Below are positions 18,617 through 27,939 of a DNA stretch of 64,000 nt, piece by piece. The stretch spans positions 749 through 64,748 of the forward strand of contig JBDRBT010000015.1 in the NCBI GenBank assembly GCA_043822385.1, read 5' to 3'. Numbering within the stretch: position 1 is the stretch's first letter; the number at the start of each line of letters is the position of its first letter. Below the pieces are notes generated by a model that saw nothing but the letters and a program-made list of their open reading frames with translations, searched no databases and had not been told where the DNA came from. This DNA comes from Candidatus Micrarchaeota archaeon. GTDB lineage: Archaea; Micrarchaeota; Micrarchaeia; Norongarragalinales; Norongarragalinaceae. The position numbers were made by a program, and so were the translations under genes.

Positions 18617-19108
18617 ATGGGTACTAAAGGAATTGAGATTGCTGGAAAAGAAGTTAATGCTTTAATTGAATTGTTGAATAAGGCGTTAGCTGACGAGTGG
18701 CTTGCTTACTACCAGTACTGGGTTGGCGCGAAAGTAGTTAAGGGTCCAATGAGGCCTGAAGTGCAAGCAGAGTTAATCGAGCACGCTAATGAAGAATTGC
18801 AGCACGCTAACTTGCTTGCTGATCGTATTATTCAATTAGGTGGAACACCTTTATTGAATCCTAAAGTTTTTTCTGAAAAAGGCAATTGTGGTTATGAAGA
18901 ACCGAAAGATCCTTTCGTGGGAAAGATTCTGGAACAAAACATTAAGGGTGAACAATGCGCTATTCAAGTGTATAGTGATATTCTCCAGAAGTTGAAGGGT
19001 TCTAGCGACGTTATTTCTTTCAACATGATTAGGAAAATCATGGAGGATGAAGTAAAACACGAGCAAGACTTAGAAGACTTGAAGGAAGACTTAGCTTTAT
19101 TGAAGTAA
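18617..19108 (+). CDS. Ferritin-like / Dps-like (DPSL) di-iron protein
   Basis: 163 aa. Four-helix-bundle ligands: ADEWLAYYQY, EHANEELQHA, EDEVKHEQDLEDL. Confidence 0.7.
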   Translation: MGTKGIEIAGKEVNALIELLNKALADEWLAYYQYWVGAKVVKGPMRPEVQAELIEHANEELQHANLLADRIIQLGGTPLLNPKVFSEKGNCGYEEPKDPFVGKILEQNIKGEQCAIQVYSDILQKLKGSSDVISFNMIRKIMEDEVKHEQDLEDLKEDLALLK

Positions 19109-19114
19109 CTTTCT

Positions 19115-19378
19115 TTATTTTTTAAAGTGTTTCAACCAGATTTTCTTGAAGAAAGGTAGTGATAAAGTTGATATTACGAATGCTAGTGCTGGAACTATGG
19201 CGTTAATTGAGGGGTTAGGTAGGTTCATTGCGTAAAAGTAGATTGTTATTGCCGCGTAAGTTAATATGAAAATAACTATTTTTCTAGCCCAGCTGGTTTC
19301 CCATCCTTTCTCGTTTTCAACTCGCGCGTTTCGCGCTTGAATTTGTTTTACTATTTTTTCTAATTCCTTAATATTCAT
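19115..19378 (-). CDS. Small membrane protein
   Basis: 87 aa with two TM helices. Confidence 0.35.
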   Translation of the reverse strand: MNIKELEKIVKQIQARNARVENEKGWETSWARKIVIFILTYAAITIYFYAMNLPNPSINAIVPALAFVISTLSLPFFKKIWLKHFKK

Positions 19379-19382
19379 TTAA

Positions 19383-19715
19383 TCAACTTATTTTGCTTCC
19401 TTCTTTTATTTCTTTTTCTGGCGTTAATAAAACAACTTGCGAATCGTCTTCAGTGCTTGCGGCTAAGAGCATGCCGTTGCTTTCGATTCCCTTGATTTTT
19501 CTCGGCGCTAAATTCGCGATTACAATAACTTGTTTTCCTAGTAATTCATCTAAAGCATAGTAGTCTGCTATTCCTGCGCATAAGGTTCGTTCTTCATCTC
19601 CTAGTGAAACTAGTAATTTCAATAAGCGAGTTGTGCCTTCAACGCGTTCTACTTCGAGTATTTTCCCAACTCGCAAGTCGAGTTTAGTAAAGTCCTCGTA
19701 AGTAATTTCCGTCAT
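19383..19715 (-). CDS. tRNA-binding domain protein (Trbp111/CsaA-like)
   Basis: FTKLDLRVGKILEVERVEG..LLKL.VSLGDEERTL.AGI...Y....L.GKQVIVIANLAPRKIKGIESNGMLLAA. Confidence 0.8.
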   Translation of the reverse strand: MTEITYEDFTKLDLRVGKILEVERVEGTTRLLKLLVSLGDEERTLCAGIADYYALDELLGKQVIVIANLAPRKIKGIESNGMLLAASTEDDSQVVLLTPEKEIKEGSKIS

Positions 19716-19726
19716 TTAATCCCTCT

Positions 19727-20617
19727 TTACTCTAGTATTTCTACTGCGTCAACTATCCCGTCACCGTCTTCATCAAATCCTTGCACTACTTTAGCGAACA
19801 CGCTGGAATCAAACGCGTTTCCTTTTTCTAATTCCACTCTGTTTTTGTATACTGCCATTGTGGCTACGCGAGTGGCTGCGTGGTTGCTGCCTGCTATTAC
19901 GAGGATTCTTTTTTCTTTATTGAATGGGTTTTCAATGCTTTCAATAAATCCAATGTTTTCTGAGTACGTTTTTTTCGATAGTTTCGAGTAAACATCAAAG
20001 CGTTTAGTAAAGTGAATTGGTAAGAAATCGTTTATTTGTTCTGCTAGAGTGTTTACTTTCAAACCGCCTAAAACAATCAAGTTTTCTTTCTTGTTTTTTT
20101 CTTTTAGTTCGGTGTCAAGCAAGTACAAGGGGTGGATGAATGAGCAGTACTGTCCTAAGTACGCGCTTAATTCTAAAGCAGAGAATTCAGAGCCTCGCGA
20201 ACGGTACTTGCCGTGTGGTTCTGGTGAGCCTATCACGAAAAAACCGTCGAAACGGCTTTTTTTAATGAATGGTTTCAGGAAAGATGGCGCTAAAGCGGTT
20301 TTAGGTCGGTACGTATTCCAGTTTTTTTTGATTATTACTGCTAAAGCGTCGGTAGTGCACTCGAATTTCTTGGCTAGAGCGCCTTGTTTTTCTTCAACTC
20401 CCGTTTGTTGAATTAAGCCGTGTTGCTTCAATAACTTCATGTGGTAGTAAACAGTCTGGTCGTGCATTTTGAGTTCGCGCGCTAGGTCTGCAGAATGCAT
20501 TGGTTCTCTTGCTAGTACTGCCAGTATCTTTAATCGGTCTTGGGATAGAATGGACAAGTCGCTTTCGCTGACTTCAATTGCATCCAGCGATTTGTCTTCT
20601 TGAACGATTTTAATCAT
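19727..20617 (-). CDS. Winged-helix (ArsR-like) transcriptional regulator with a large C-terminal domain
   Basis: N-terminal RLKILAVLAREPMHSADLARELKMHDQTVYYHMKLLKQHGLI; ~200-aa C-terminal domain of unknown function. Confidence 0.6.
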   Translation of the reverse strand: MIKIVQEDKSLDAIEVSESDLSILSQDRLKILAVLAREPMHSADLARELKMHDQTVYYHMKLLKQHGLIQQTGVEEKQGALAKKFECTTDALAVIIKKNWNTYRPKTALAPSFLKPFIKKSRFDGFFVIGSPEPHGKYRSRGSEFSALELSAYLGQYCSFIHPLYLLDTELKEKNKKENLIVLGGLKVNTLAEQINDFLPIHFTKRFDVYSKLSKKTYSENIGFIESIENPFNKEKRILVIAGSNHAATRVATMAVYKNRVELEKGNAFDSSVFAKVVQGFDEDGDGIVDAVEILE

Positions 20618-20754
20618 TTTAGTAATATTATTACGAATTTTTTTATAAACTTATTGTTTATTTGTTGTCTTTATCAAAAAATGTTGTTTGGAGTATTTAA
20701 ACGCGCGTCTAGTTGATTACTAAGTAATCTTTCTCACGCGACCACTTTGAGACA

Positions 20755-20789
20755 AAAGGGCGGAAAACCGCCTTTGTTTTTATTTTTTT
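20755..20789 (+). promoter_or_regulatory. Hairpin plus T-run immediately upstream of glmS (terminator-like leader element)
   Basis: AAAGGGCGG-aaaa-CCGCCTTT (20755-20775) followed by TGTTTTTATTTTTTT. The glmS Shine-Dalgarno-like AGGGGG and TTG start follow within 30 nt. Confidence 0.4.
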
Positions 20790-20806
20790 ATTAGGGGGTT
20801 TCATCT

Positions 20807-22549
20807 TTGTGCGGAATAATTGGGTACGTTGGTTTTAGGCAAGCGTCGCCTTTGTTGATTAATGGATTGAAAAAGCTAGATTACCGGGGTTATGATTCTG
20901 CTGGCTTAGCTGTTTTTGAAAACGTGCTAGTAATTAAGAAGCAAACTGGTTTTGTTGATGCGCTTGGTGACTGCAATTTTCCAGGCACCGTGGGAATTGC
21001 TCACACGCGTTGGGCTACTCACGGTTGTGTTTCGCAAGCGAATGCGCATCCTCACTCGTCTGGAAAAATAGTGATTGTTCACAACGGAATTATTTCTAAT
21101 TACGCGTTTTTGAAAAAAAAGCTAGTTGGCGAGGGATTCGTTTTTTCTTCAGAAACTGATTCTGAAGTAATCGCTCACTTGATTGATTCTAAAGCAGGTA
21201 GTTTGCTTGAAGCAGTCAAGCAAACTGTTTCAGAACTAGAAGGTAGTTTTGCTTTCCTTGCTTTCTCGCAGTCAGAACCAAATGTGGTTGTTGGCGCTAG
21301 GAAAGATAGTCCATTGATTGTTGGCGTTAACGAGGGAGAGTGTTTTTTAGCTAGTGATGCCACGCCTTTAGCTGGGTTAGTTGAAAAAGTTTTTTACTTG
21401 AATGACTGTGAAATCGTTGTTGCAGGCAAGGGAACCACTAGTTTTTACGATTTTTCCGGTAAGGAATTAAAGACGGAGCCTGTTTTTTTGTCTTTAAGCG
21501 AGGAAAGTGTTTCTTTGAATGGTTATTCTCACTTTATGTTAAAGGAAATACTTGAGCAGCCGGCTTCTATTCGAAGGACTTTAATGCAGGATGAAGAAAA
21601 ACTAAAAGAAATTTCTAACTTAATAAAAAACAGCGAGAGCGTTTTCTTGGTTGCTTGTGGCACTTCTTTCCACTCGTGTTTATTTGCTAAAAAATTGTTT
21701 TTTGAGGCTGGAAAGCACGTTGAAGTAGTGCTTGGTTCTGAGTTTGATTTTATTGCTGAAAAAATTACTGAAAACGCGTTAGTTATTGGCGTTTCTCAAA
21801 GCGGGGAAACTGCAGACGTGTTAATGCCTTTAAAGAAAGCTAAAGCCGGGGGCGCTAGAATACTTGCGTTAGTTAATGTTGTGGGTTCTAGTTTAGCTCG
21901 GTTGGCGGATGCATCGCTTTACTTTAATTGCGGGCCTGAATTGAGTGTTGCTTCAACTAAAGTGTTTTCAAGCCAGTTGGCTTTATTTTACTTGCTTGTA
22001 GGTAGCATGAAGAACGAGTTTGTTGAAGCGCGAAGTGATTTAGAGGAAACTAGTTTTTTGATTGAAGAGAATATTGATTACTGGAATGAAGAAACTAAGT
22101 GTTTAGCTGGGCTTATTTACGAAAAAAGCGATGTTTATTTTATTGGCAGGGGTTTGAATTATCCAATTGCTTTAGAAGGGGCTTTGAAGTTGAAGGAAGT
22201 GTCTTACGCGCACGCTGAAGGAATGCCTGCTGGAGAATTAAAACACGGGACTCTTGCTTTGGTTAGTTCTGGAACGCCGGTTGTATTATTGAATGTGCAA
22301 GATGATTCTTTTATTGATTCTCTTGCTAATGGTTTAGAAACAAAAGCCAGGGGAGCTTTTTTGATTGGTTTGAGTGAAGTTGAGTCTGAAGATTACGATT
22401 TCTTCATTAAGTTGCCTGAAACGAAAAAGAATCTAAAGCCCTTGTTGGAGATACTTCCTTTGCAATTGCTTGCGTTTCATTCAGCAGTTTTGCGTGGTTG
22501 TAATCCTGACAAACCCCGGAATTTAGCTAAGAGTTGTACGGTGAAGTGA
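20807..22549 (+). CDS. glmS: Glutamine--fructose-6-phosphate aminotransferase
   Basis: TTG start then CGIIGY (N-terminal Cys nucleophile), two SIS domains, C-terminal NLAKSCTVK. Confidence 0.9.
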   Translation: MCGIIGYVGFRQASPLLINGLKKLDYRGYDSAGLAVFENVLVIKKQTGFVDALGDCNFPGTVGIAHTRWATHGCVSQANAHPHSSGKIVIVHNGIISNYAFLKKKLVGEGFVFSSETDSEVIAHLIDSKAGSLLEAVKQTVSELEGSFAFLAFSQSEPNVVVGARKDSPLIVGVNEGECFLASDATPLAGLVEKVFYLNDCEIVVAGKGTTSFYDFSGKELKTEPVFLSLSEESVSLNGYSHFMLKEILEQPASIRRTLMQDEEKLKEISNLIKNSESVFLVACGTSFHSCLFAKKLFFEAGKHVEVVLGSEFDFIAEKITENALVIGVSQSGETADVLMPLKKAKAGGARILALVNVVGSSLARLADASLYFNCGPELSVASTKVFSSQLALFYLLVGSMKNEFVEARSDLEETSFLIEENIDYWNEETKCLAGLIYEKSDVYFIGRGLNYPIALEGALKLKEVSYAHAEGMPAGELKHGTLALVSSGTPVVLLNVQDDSFIDSLANGLETKARGAFLIGLSEVESEDYDFFIKLPETKKNLKPLLEILPLQLLAFHSAVLRGCNPDKPRNLAKSCTVK

Positions 22550-22553
22550 AAAA

Positions 22554-23777
22554 ATGGATTTAGTTATTTTAGCTGCAGGTAAAGGAAAAAGGCTTTGGCC
22601 TATTACTAATCATTACCCTAAAACCATGCTTAGGCTTTTAGAGAAACCTTTGTTGGAGTGGATTATTGCGCCTTTGTTTGATGGCGTGAACAAGGTTATT
22701 GTTGTTGTTGGCGTTCACAAAGAGAAAATAATTGATTATTTTAAGGAAACGCGTTTTGCTGAAAAAATGGTTTTCGTTGAAGACAAGGAATTAAAGGGAA
22801 CTGGGAGTGCATTACTGCAAGCGAAAGAGTTTGTTTCGAGCGACTTTTTTGTTGTTAACGGAGATAACTTTTTTGATCCTAAACTATTACAGAGTTTACC
22901 TGAGGAAGCGAGTAAGGGTTTTTTTGTTGCTGGAAAGAAGGCTAGTGACGTGACTGGTTTTGGCGCGTTAGTGTTGAAGGGTTCGAGGATTGAGCGGATT
23001 GCTGAAAAAACCGAGTCTGGCCCTGGATTGATTAATACTAACTTGTCTTTCTTGCCTAAGTCTTTCTTTTCCTTGCTTGAAGAAACCAAGTTGTCTCCAC
23101 GGGGAGAATATGAATTGACTTGTGCTTTGAATTCTTTCGCTGAAAAAAATGAGTTGCGGGCTTTAGTTTTGGAAGATTACTGGAATGACGTTGGTTTTTA
23201 TTGGAATTACTTGGATGCTAATGCTTTTGCTTTGGAAAACTTGCTTGAAGAAGCGGTTTTAGGTGAAGTAGAGGAAGGGGTTGTGGTTAAGGGTAGTGTT
23301 TTTGTTGGTGAGGGCAGTGTTGTGAAGGCGCCTTGCAGGATTGAAGGGCCAGTGTTTATTGGAAAGAATTGTGTTGTAGGGCCTCATGCTTTCTTGCGTG
23401 CTCATGCTTATGTTGAAGACTGTTGTCACATTGGTTCTACTGAAGTAAAAGATAGCATTGTAATGCGTAACACTAACGCTGCTCACTTTAGTTATATTGG
23501 GGATTCAGTTGTTTGCGAGGAAGTTAATTTCGGCGCTGGAGCAAAGATTGCTAACCTGCGTTTTGATGAAAAGAGTGTTTTAGTTACTGTTGACGAAAAA
23601 ACTTACGATACCGGTAGGGTGAAGTTGGGCGCGGTTGTTGGTGCTAATACGAAGCTTGGTATTGACGTGTTTGTTTCTCCGGGGAAAATAATTGGTAGCG
23701 ACTGCAGAATTTACCCTAACGTGGTTGTTAAAGAAAACGTTCTTGACAACACTAAATTAAGGGGAGATTTTGTTTGA
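22554..23777 (+). CDS. Bifunctional sugar-1-phosphate nucleotidylyltransferase/acetyltransferase (archaeal GlmU-like)
   Basis: N-terminal LAAGKGKRLWPIT nucleotidyltransferase motif; C-terminal left-handed beta-helix hexapeptide repeats. Confidence 0.75.
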   Translation: MDLVILAAGKGKRLWPITNHYPKTMLRLLEKPLLEWIIAPLFDGVNKVIVVVGVHKEKIIDYFKETRFAEKMVFVEDKELKGTGSALLQAKEFVSSDFFVVNGDNFFDPKLLQSLPEEASKGFFVAGKKASDVTGFGALVLKGSRIERIAEKTESGPGLINTNLSFLPKSFFSLLEETKLSPRGEYELTCALNSFAEKNELRALVLEDYWNDVGFYWNYLDANAFALENLLEEAVLGEVEEGVVVKGSVFVGEGSVVKAPCRIEGPVFIGKNCVVGPHAFLRAHAYVEDCCHIGSTEVKDSIVMRNTNAAHFSYIGDSVVCEEVNFGAGAKIANLRFDEKSVLVTVDEKTYDTGRVKLGAVVGANTKLGIDVFVSPGKIIGSDCRIYPNVVVKENVLDNTKLRGDFV

Positions 23778-24094
23778 TCGAGTTTCTTTGTTTGTTTATT
23801 GTTAGTGATAACCAAGTTTTAGCTCAAAAACAAAACGAAAATTTAATACTTCCTTCTAAACGCGTTGTTGAAGGCGAGCCTTTAGAGCGTGCTTTAAAGA
23901 ATTTTTCCGAGTCGCTTGGCTTGAAGTTAATTAGTTTCAAGAAGATTCATGAGTATTCGGTTGATGGTGCTAGAATGAATTACTTTATGATTAAAACCGA
24001 GGGAGAAGGGGAAGGCGTTTGGTTATCTAAGCCGGATTCAAACTTGCTTTCTTTGCAACAAGAGCGGGAATTAGTTAATTACTTTTTGCGGTGA
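23774..24094 (+). CDS. Hypothetical protein (possible degenerate Nudix-like fold)
   Basis: 106 aa. VEGEPLERALKNFSESLGL weakly resembles a Nudix box lacking the catalytic glutamates. Sits between the glmU-like gene and glmM. Confidence 0.3.
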   Translation: MIEFLCLFIVSDNQVLAQKQNENLILPSKRVVEGEPLERALKNFSESLGLKLISFKKIHEYSVDGARMNYFMIKTEGEGEGVWLSKPDSNLLSLQQERELVNYFLR

Positions 24095-24101
24095 ATTTTT
24101 T

Positions 24102-25307
24102 TTGTTTAGGGCTTACGACGTGCGTGGAAAATACGGTTCGGTAGTGACTAAAGACAATTTTTTCAAGCTGGGTAAAGCTTTGAATGAGTTTTCTAGTGAA
24201 CTTGTTTTAGGAATGGATTGCAGGGAGCACAATTCTTTGCTTGCTGGCGCGTTAGCAAGTGGTTTTGATGGTGAGGAAACGTTTTTGGGTGTGAGTCCTA
24301 CGCCTGCAACGTGTTTTCTTTCTGAGAAGTTAGGTGTTTGTGTTACTGCTTCTCATAATCCGGTTGGTGATGCTGGAGCTAAAATGTTTTTAGAAAAAAA
24401 GCCTTTTTTCGAGGAGCAAATGTTTTCTTTGAACGCTAAGTATAGTGCTGAAAAAGCGCGTTCTTTTAAGGGTGTTGAGTTAGTGCAAAAAGACTTGCTT
24501 GATGAGTATGTTTATGCGTTGCCTTCTTGCGAAGCTGGTGTTTTTGATTTAGCTGGCGGTGCAGTTACTTCTTTAAAGCGTGTTTTTCCGCGAACTATTT
24601 TTTCCGAACCTGACGCTAGGTTCGAAAAGCACTCTCCTGAACCTACTAAAGCGGCGTTGAGTGAATTAATTGCTCTTTCAAAACGCGAGAATTGTCTTGG
24701 TTTTGCTTTCGATGGCGATGGAGATAGGTTGTCAGTAGTTGATTCCGGCGAGTTTGTTTTGCCTAGTGTTTTAGTTGCTTTTATTGCAAAGAATTTCTTG
24801 AAGAAGAACGACGGAATTGTTTTAACTATTGATTTTCCGGAGGAATTGTTTTCTTTACTGCGTGATTCAGGGTTTAAAGTGTTTGAATCGCGTGTTGGTG
24901 ACGTGTTTGTTTTAGAAAAGGCGTTGAAAGAAAAAGCAGTGTTTTCTGCTGAGGTTGGGGGGCATTATTCCTTCCTTGATTTCATGCCTCATTCTGATGG
25001 CGTGTATGCGGCTAGCTTGCTTTCAAGAGTGAAGCCAGGAAGTATTGCTTCTTGCGTTGAATTCAAGCGTTTTACGTTGTATGATGCTTTTCCTGGCTTG
25101 TTTGACTTGACTGCTTTCAAAGAGAGCGCGCTTGCTTTGAATCCTGTTGAAACTAGTTTTATTGACGGAGTTAAAGCCGTTTTCGAGGATTATTCTTTCC
25201 TTGTTAGGCATTCGAATACTCAAGAAAAAACACGGGTAATGATTGAAGCTGAAACGCGAGAAAAAGCATTAAGCGTTTTAAAGCTAATAACGAGTTTTTT
25301 TGTTTGA
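24102..25307 (+). CDS. glmM: Phosphoglucosamine/phosphohexose mutase
   Basis: FRAYDVRG, active-site TASHNP, metal loop FDGDGDRL. Confidence 0.75.
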   Translation: MFRAYDVRGKYGSVVTKDNFFKLGKALNEFSSELVLGMDCREHNSLLAGALASGFDGEETFLGVSPTPATCFLSEKLGVCVTASHNPVGDAGAKMFLEKKPFFEEQMFSLNAKYSAEKARSFKGVELVQKDLLDEYVYALPSCEAGVFDLAGGAVTSLKRVFPRTIFSEPDARFEKHSPEPTKAALSELIALSKRENCLGFAFDGDGDRLSVVDSGEFVLPSVLVAFIAKNFLKKNDGIVLTIDFPEELFSLLRDSGFKVFESRVGDVFVLEKALKEKAVFSAEVGGHYSFLDFMPHSDGVYAASLLSRVKPGSIASCVEFKRFTLYDAFPGLFDLTAFKESALALNPVETSFIDGVKAVFEDYSFLVRHSNTQEKTRVMIEAETREKALSVLKLITSFFV

Positions 25308-25362
25308 TCCTGCTTGTTTTAAAACTCTCTTTTTCTAATTTTTGAAAGCGGGTGTTAAAATA

Positions 25363-26313
25363 ATGTTTTCTAGCAAGCGGTTTATTCGTGAAACAAGCAA
25401 GGAGTTAAAAAAATATAAAGGCAAGGCGATAATTGCTGTTTCAGGCGGTGTTGATTCTACTGTTGCTTGTGCTTTAGTTTACAAAGCGTTCAGGAATAGG
25501 TTGAAAGCGGTTTTTGTTGATACTGGCTTGTTAAGGAAAGGCGAGGTTCAGGAGGTAGTTTCTAAATTCAAGAAACTCAAAATGCGAGTTAAAGTAGTTG
25601 ATGCTAAGAAAAAATTCTTGACTGCTTTGAAGGGAGTAACTGAACCTGAAAAAAAGAGAAAAATTATCGGCAAGGTTTTCATAGATATTTTCAATAAGGA
25701 AGCAAAGTCTTTTGGCGCTAAGTACTTAGTGCAAGGCACTATTGCGCCTGACTGGATTGAAAGCGGTTTCGGAATTAGGGATACTATAAAGAGTCACCAC
25801 AACGTGGGTGGCTTGCCTAAGAGAATGAAGCTAGAATTAATAGAACCGTTGCGCGACTTGTACAAAGATGAAGTAAGGCGTATTGCGCGAGAGTTAAACG
25901 TGTTGTCTACTCACTTTTGGGCTCAACCGTTTCCTGGTCCTGGCTTGGCTATACGCATTTTAGGGGAAGTAACTCCTGAAAAATTGTTTTTATGCAAGGA
26001 ATCTAACGCGATTGTTTGTTCGGAAATTTTTTCTTCATTCAAGCGTAAAGAAATCAAGGCTCTGCCGTGGCAGTATTTTGCGGTAGTATTGAATTCAAAG
26101 AGCGTTGGCATTCAAGGCGATGTTCGCGCTTACGGTTATACTGTGGCTATTCGAGCTGTTGAAGCTACGGATGGCTTGACTGCTTTGTACTCGCCGTTAC
26201 CACAGAAACTACTTCAAAAAATATCGATTCGCATTACTAACGAGTTGAAGAACGTTAATCGAATAGTTTACGACGTTACTCACAAGCCTCCAGCAAGCAT
26301 CGAGTGGGAGTGA
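25363..26313 (+). CDS. guaA: GMP synthase subunit B (ATP pyrophosphatase)
   Basis: PP-loop SGGVDSTV, C-terminal PPASIEWE. Start set at ATG 25363 after a GGTG. Confidence 0.85.
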   Translation: MFSSKRFIRETSKELKKYKGKAIIAVSGGVDSTVACALVYKAFRNRLKAVFVDTGLLRKGEVQEVVSKFKKLKMRVKVVDAKKKFLTALKGVTEPEKKRKIIGKVFIDIFNKEAKSFGAKYLVQGTIAPDWIESGFGIRDTIKSHHNVGGLPKRMKLELIEPLRDLYKDEVRRIARELNVLSTHFWAQPFPGPGLAIRILGEVTPEKLFLCKESNAIVCSEIFSSFKRKEIKALPWQYFAVVLNSKSVGIQGDVRAYGYTVAIRAVEATDGLTALYSPLPQKLLQKISIRITNELKNVNRIVYDVTHKPPASIEWE

Positions 26314-26359
26314 TTTATATAAACTATTGTTTTTTTAGTTTGTCTTTTCATTTATTTTT

Positions 26360-27367
26360 GTGAAAAGAAGGCTTTCGCGTGAAGAAGTTATCCCTGAAGG
26401 GTACGTTACTGTTTCGGAGTTAGCGAATAAATTAGGTGTATCTTCCACTGATTTAAGTGCGCAGGTTAGTAATGACCTAGCTCGGTTGGAGAGACTTCCT
26501 AAAGACAAGTTGAACGACCTTTTAAAAAACTGGAAGACGGATTTTCCTTACTTGGGTTTGATTAATCCTTACTACCAAAACTCCCAAATTGTTAATCCTT
26601 ATGCTAACATAAAGTGGATAGTGCACGAAAAATTTGGTGCGGAAAGATTTCTTAATAGAAAAAAGAGTATTGAGCAAAAAAAAGACCTTAACCGCAAGGT
26701 AGCTGGTTTCAGGCCTGATGAGGTCCGGAGGATCCTTTCACATCCTTTTTTTTCTCAGCATGTTGTAATTATTGATGGGACGAGGTATCTAGCTCCTTCT
26801 GGACGGCGTGTTTTGGATGAATGGAGGGATTTTAAGAATAGTACTATACCTATAGAAACCGCGAGTTCTAAGTTGGGTATATCGCGAAAAGAAGCGTTTG
26901 CCTTGTTTTCTTTACTTATCTCTGAGGGAAAATTAAAAATTCTTAAAGACCCTTCAAACGGTTTGATTTATCCTTCCGCTACGCATTTGTTGAGTTTAGA
27001 GGACCTTAAACGTTTTGACTTTAAGCAAATAAATCCTAAAATCCAGCCTAAGTTGTGGTCGCAATCTAGTACTGTCGCGCCCAGCCCGATTGATTTGAGC
27101 GAGTTAATAAGAATAAAATTGGCTACTTCTGTTTTTTCAGACGCGGAACGCGAGAAAGCCACTGATTTTATTGGTTTTTTGAAAGTAGGTTCTGTTGATG
27201 AATTAGTTTCGAAATTGACGCCAGCAATGGCCGACTTTAAAAAGAAACACCAGCTTTTTTCAGCGCAGGGGAAGAAAGTAAACCTTACGCTTTATAACGC
27301 GTTAGTTAAGTTGTTACCTATGCTTGCACCTGAAGAAAAAGAAGGTAGCTATAAGAGAGGTAAGTGA
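26360..27367 (+). CDS. Hypothetical protein with two HTH-like segments
   Basis: 335 aa, GTG start. VTVSELANKLGVSSTDL and IETASSKLGISRKEAFALFSLLISEGKL resemble wHTH recognition segments. Inserted between the two GMP synthase subunit genes. Confidence 0.35.
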   Translation: MKRRLSREEVIPEGYVTVSELANKLGVSSTDLSAQVSNDLARLERLPKDKLNDLLKNWKTDFPYLGLINPYYQNSQIVNPYANIKWIVHEKFGAERFLNRKKSIEQKKDLNRKVAGFRPDEVRRILSHPFFSQHVVIIDGTRYLAPSGRRVLDEWRDFKNSTIPIETASSKLGISRKEAFALFSLLISEGKLKILKDPSNGLIYPSATHLLSLEDLKRFDFKQINPKIQPKLWSQSSTVAPSPIDLSELIRIKLATSVFSDAEREKATDFIGFLKVGSVDELVSKLTPAMADFKKKHQLFSAQGKKVNLTLYNALVKLLPMLAPEEKEGSYKRGK

Positions 27368-27372
27368 GTTTA

Positions 27373-27939
27373 ATGTTTGTTCCAGTGATTGATAATGGCT
27401 CGCAGTGGACTCACCGCATTTACCGCACGTTGCGTGACTTGAACTGCGAGTCTAAATTACTACCTAACACAGTTTCCTTGAAGGAATTGAAGGATGCCGA
27501 TGCTTTAGTTCTTTCTGGTGGAGCAATGCGCGTTGCTAAAAGCGAGGAAGCAGGTGGGAATAACGAGTTGTTTTTGAAAGAGTTTTCAAAACCAATTCTC
27601 GGCGTGTGCGCTGGAATGCAAGTTATAGCTAAATTTTACGGCTCGAAAATAATTCCCAGCAAAAAACCTGAATTCGGTAAGATTGAATTAATTATTGATG
27701 AAGCTAACGACTTGTTTCAAGGAGTGCCTAAAAAAAGCGTTGCGTGGGCTTCCCACAACGACGAGCTTAACGCGTTACCTAAAGATTGCGTTTTGTTGGC
27801 TCACAGCAAAGATGTTGCAGTGCACGCGTTCAAGCACAAAACTAATCCGGTTTACGGGACTTTGTTTCACCCTGAAGTAGAGCACACTAAGTACGGAGAA
27901 AAAATTTATTCTAATTTCGTTAAAGTTGTTAAGCGTTAA
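27373..27939 (+). CDS. guaA: GMP synthase subunit A (class I glutamine amidotransferase)
   Basis: VIDNGSQW, nucleophile elbow GVCAGMQ, HPE triad. Confidence 0.85.
   Translation: MFVPVIDNGSQWTHRIYRTLRDLNCESKLLPNTVSLKELKDADALVLSGGAMRVAKSEEAGGNNELFLKEFSKPILGVCAGMQVIAKFYGSKIIPSKKPEFGKIELIIDEANDLFQGVPKKSVAWASHNDELNALPKDCVLLAHSKDVAVHAFKHKTNPVYGTLFHPEVEHTKYGEKIYSNFVKVVKR

Noticed and set aside
20640-20806. Possible glmS ribozyme upstream of glmS
   Set aside because: None of the conserved glmS ribozyme core sequences or its pseudoknotted architecture is present, and the region is too short and AT-rich. Only a simple hairpin plus T-run is seen (reported separately).
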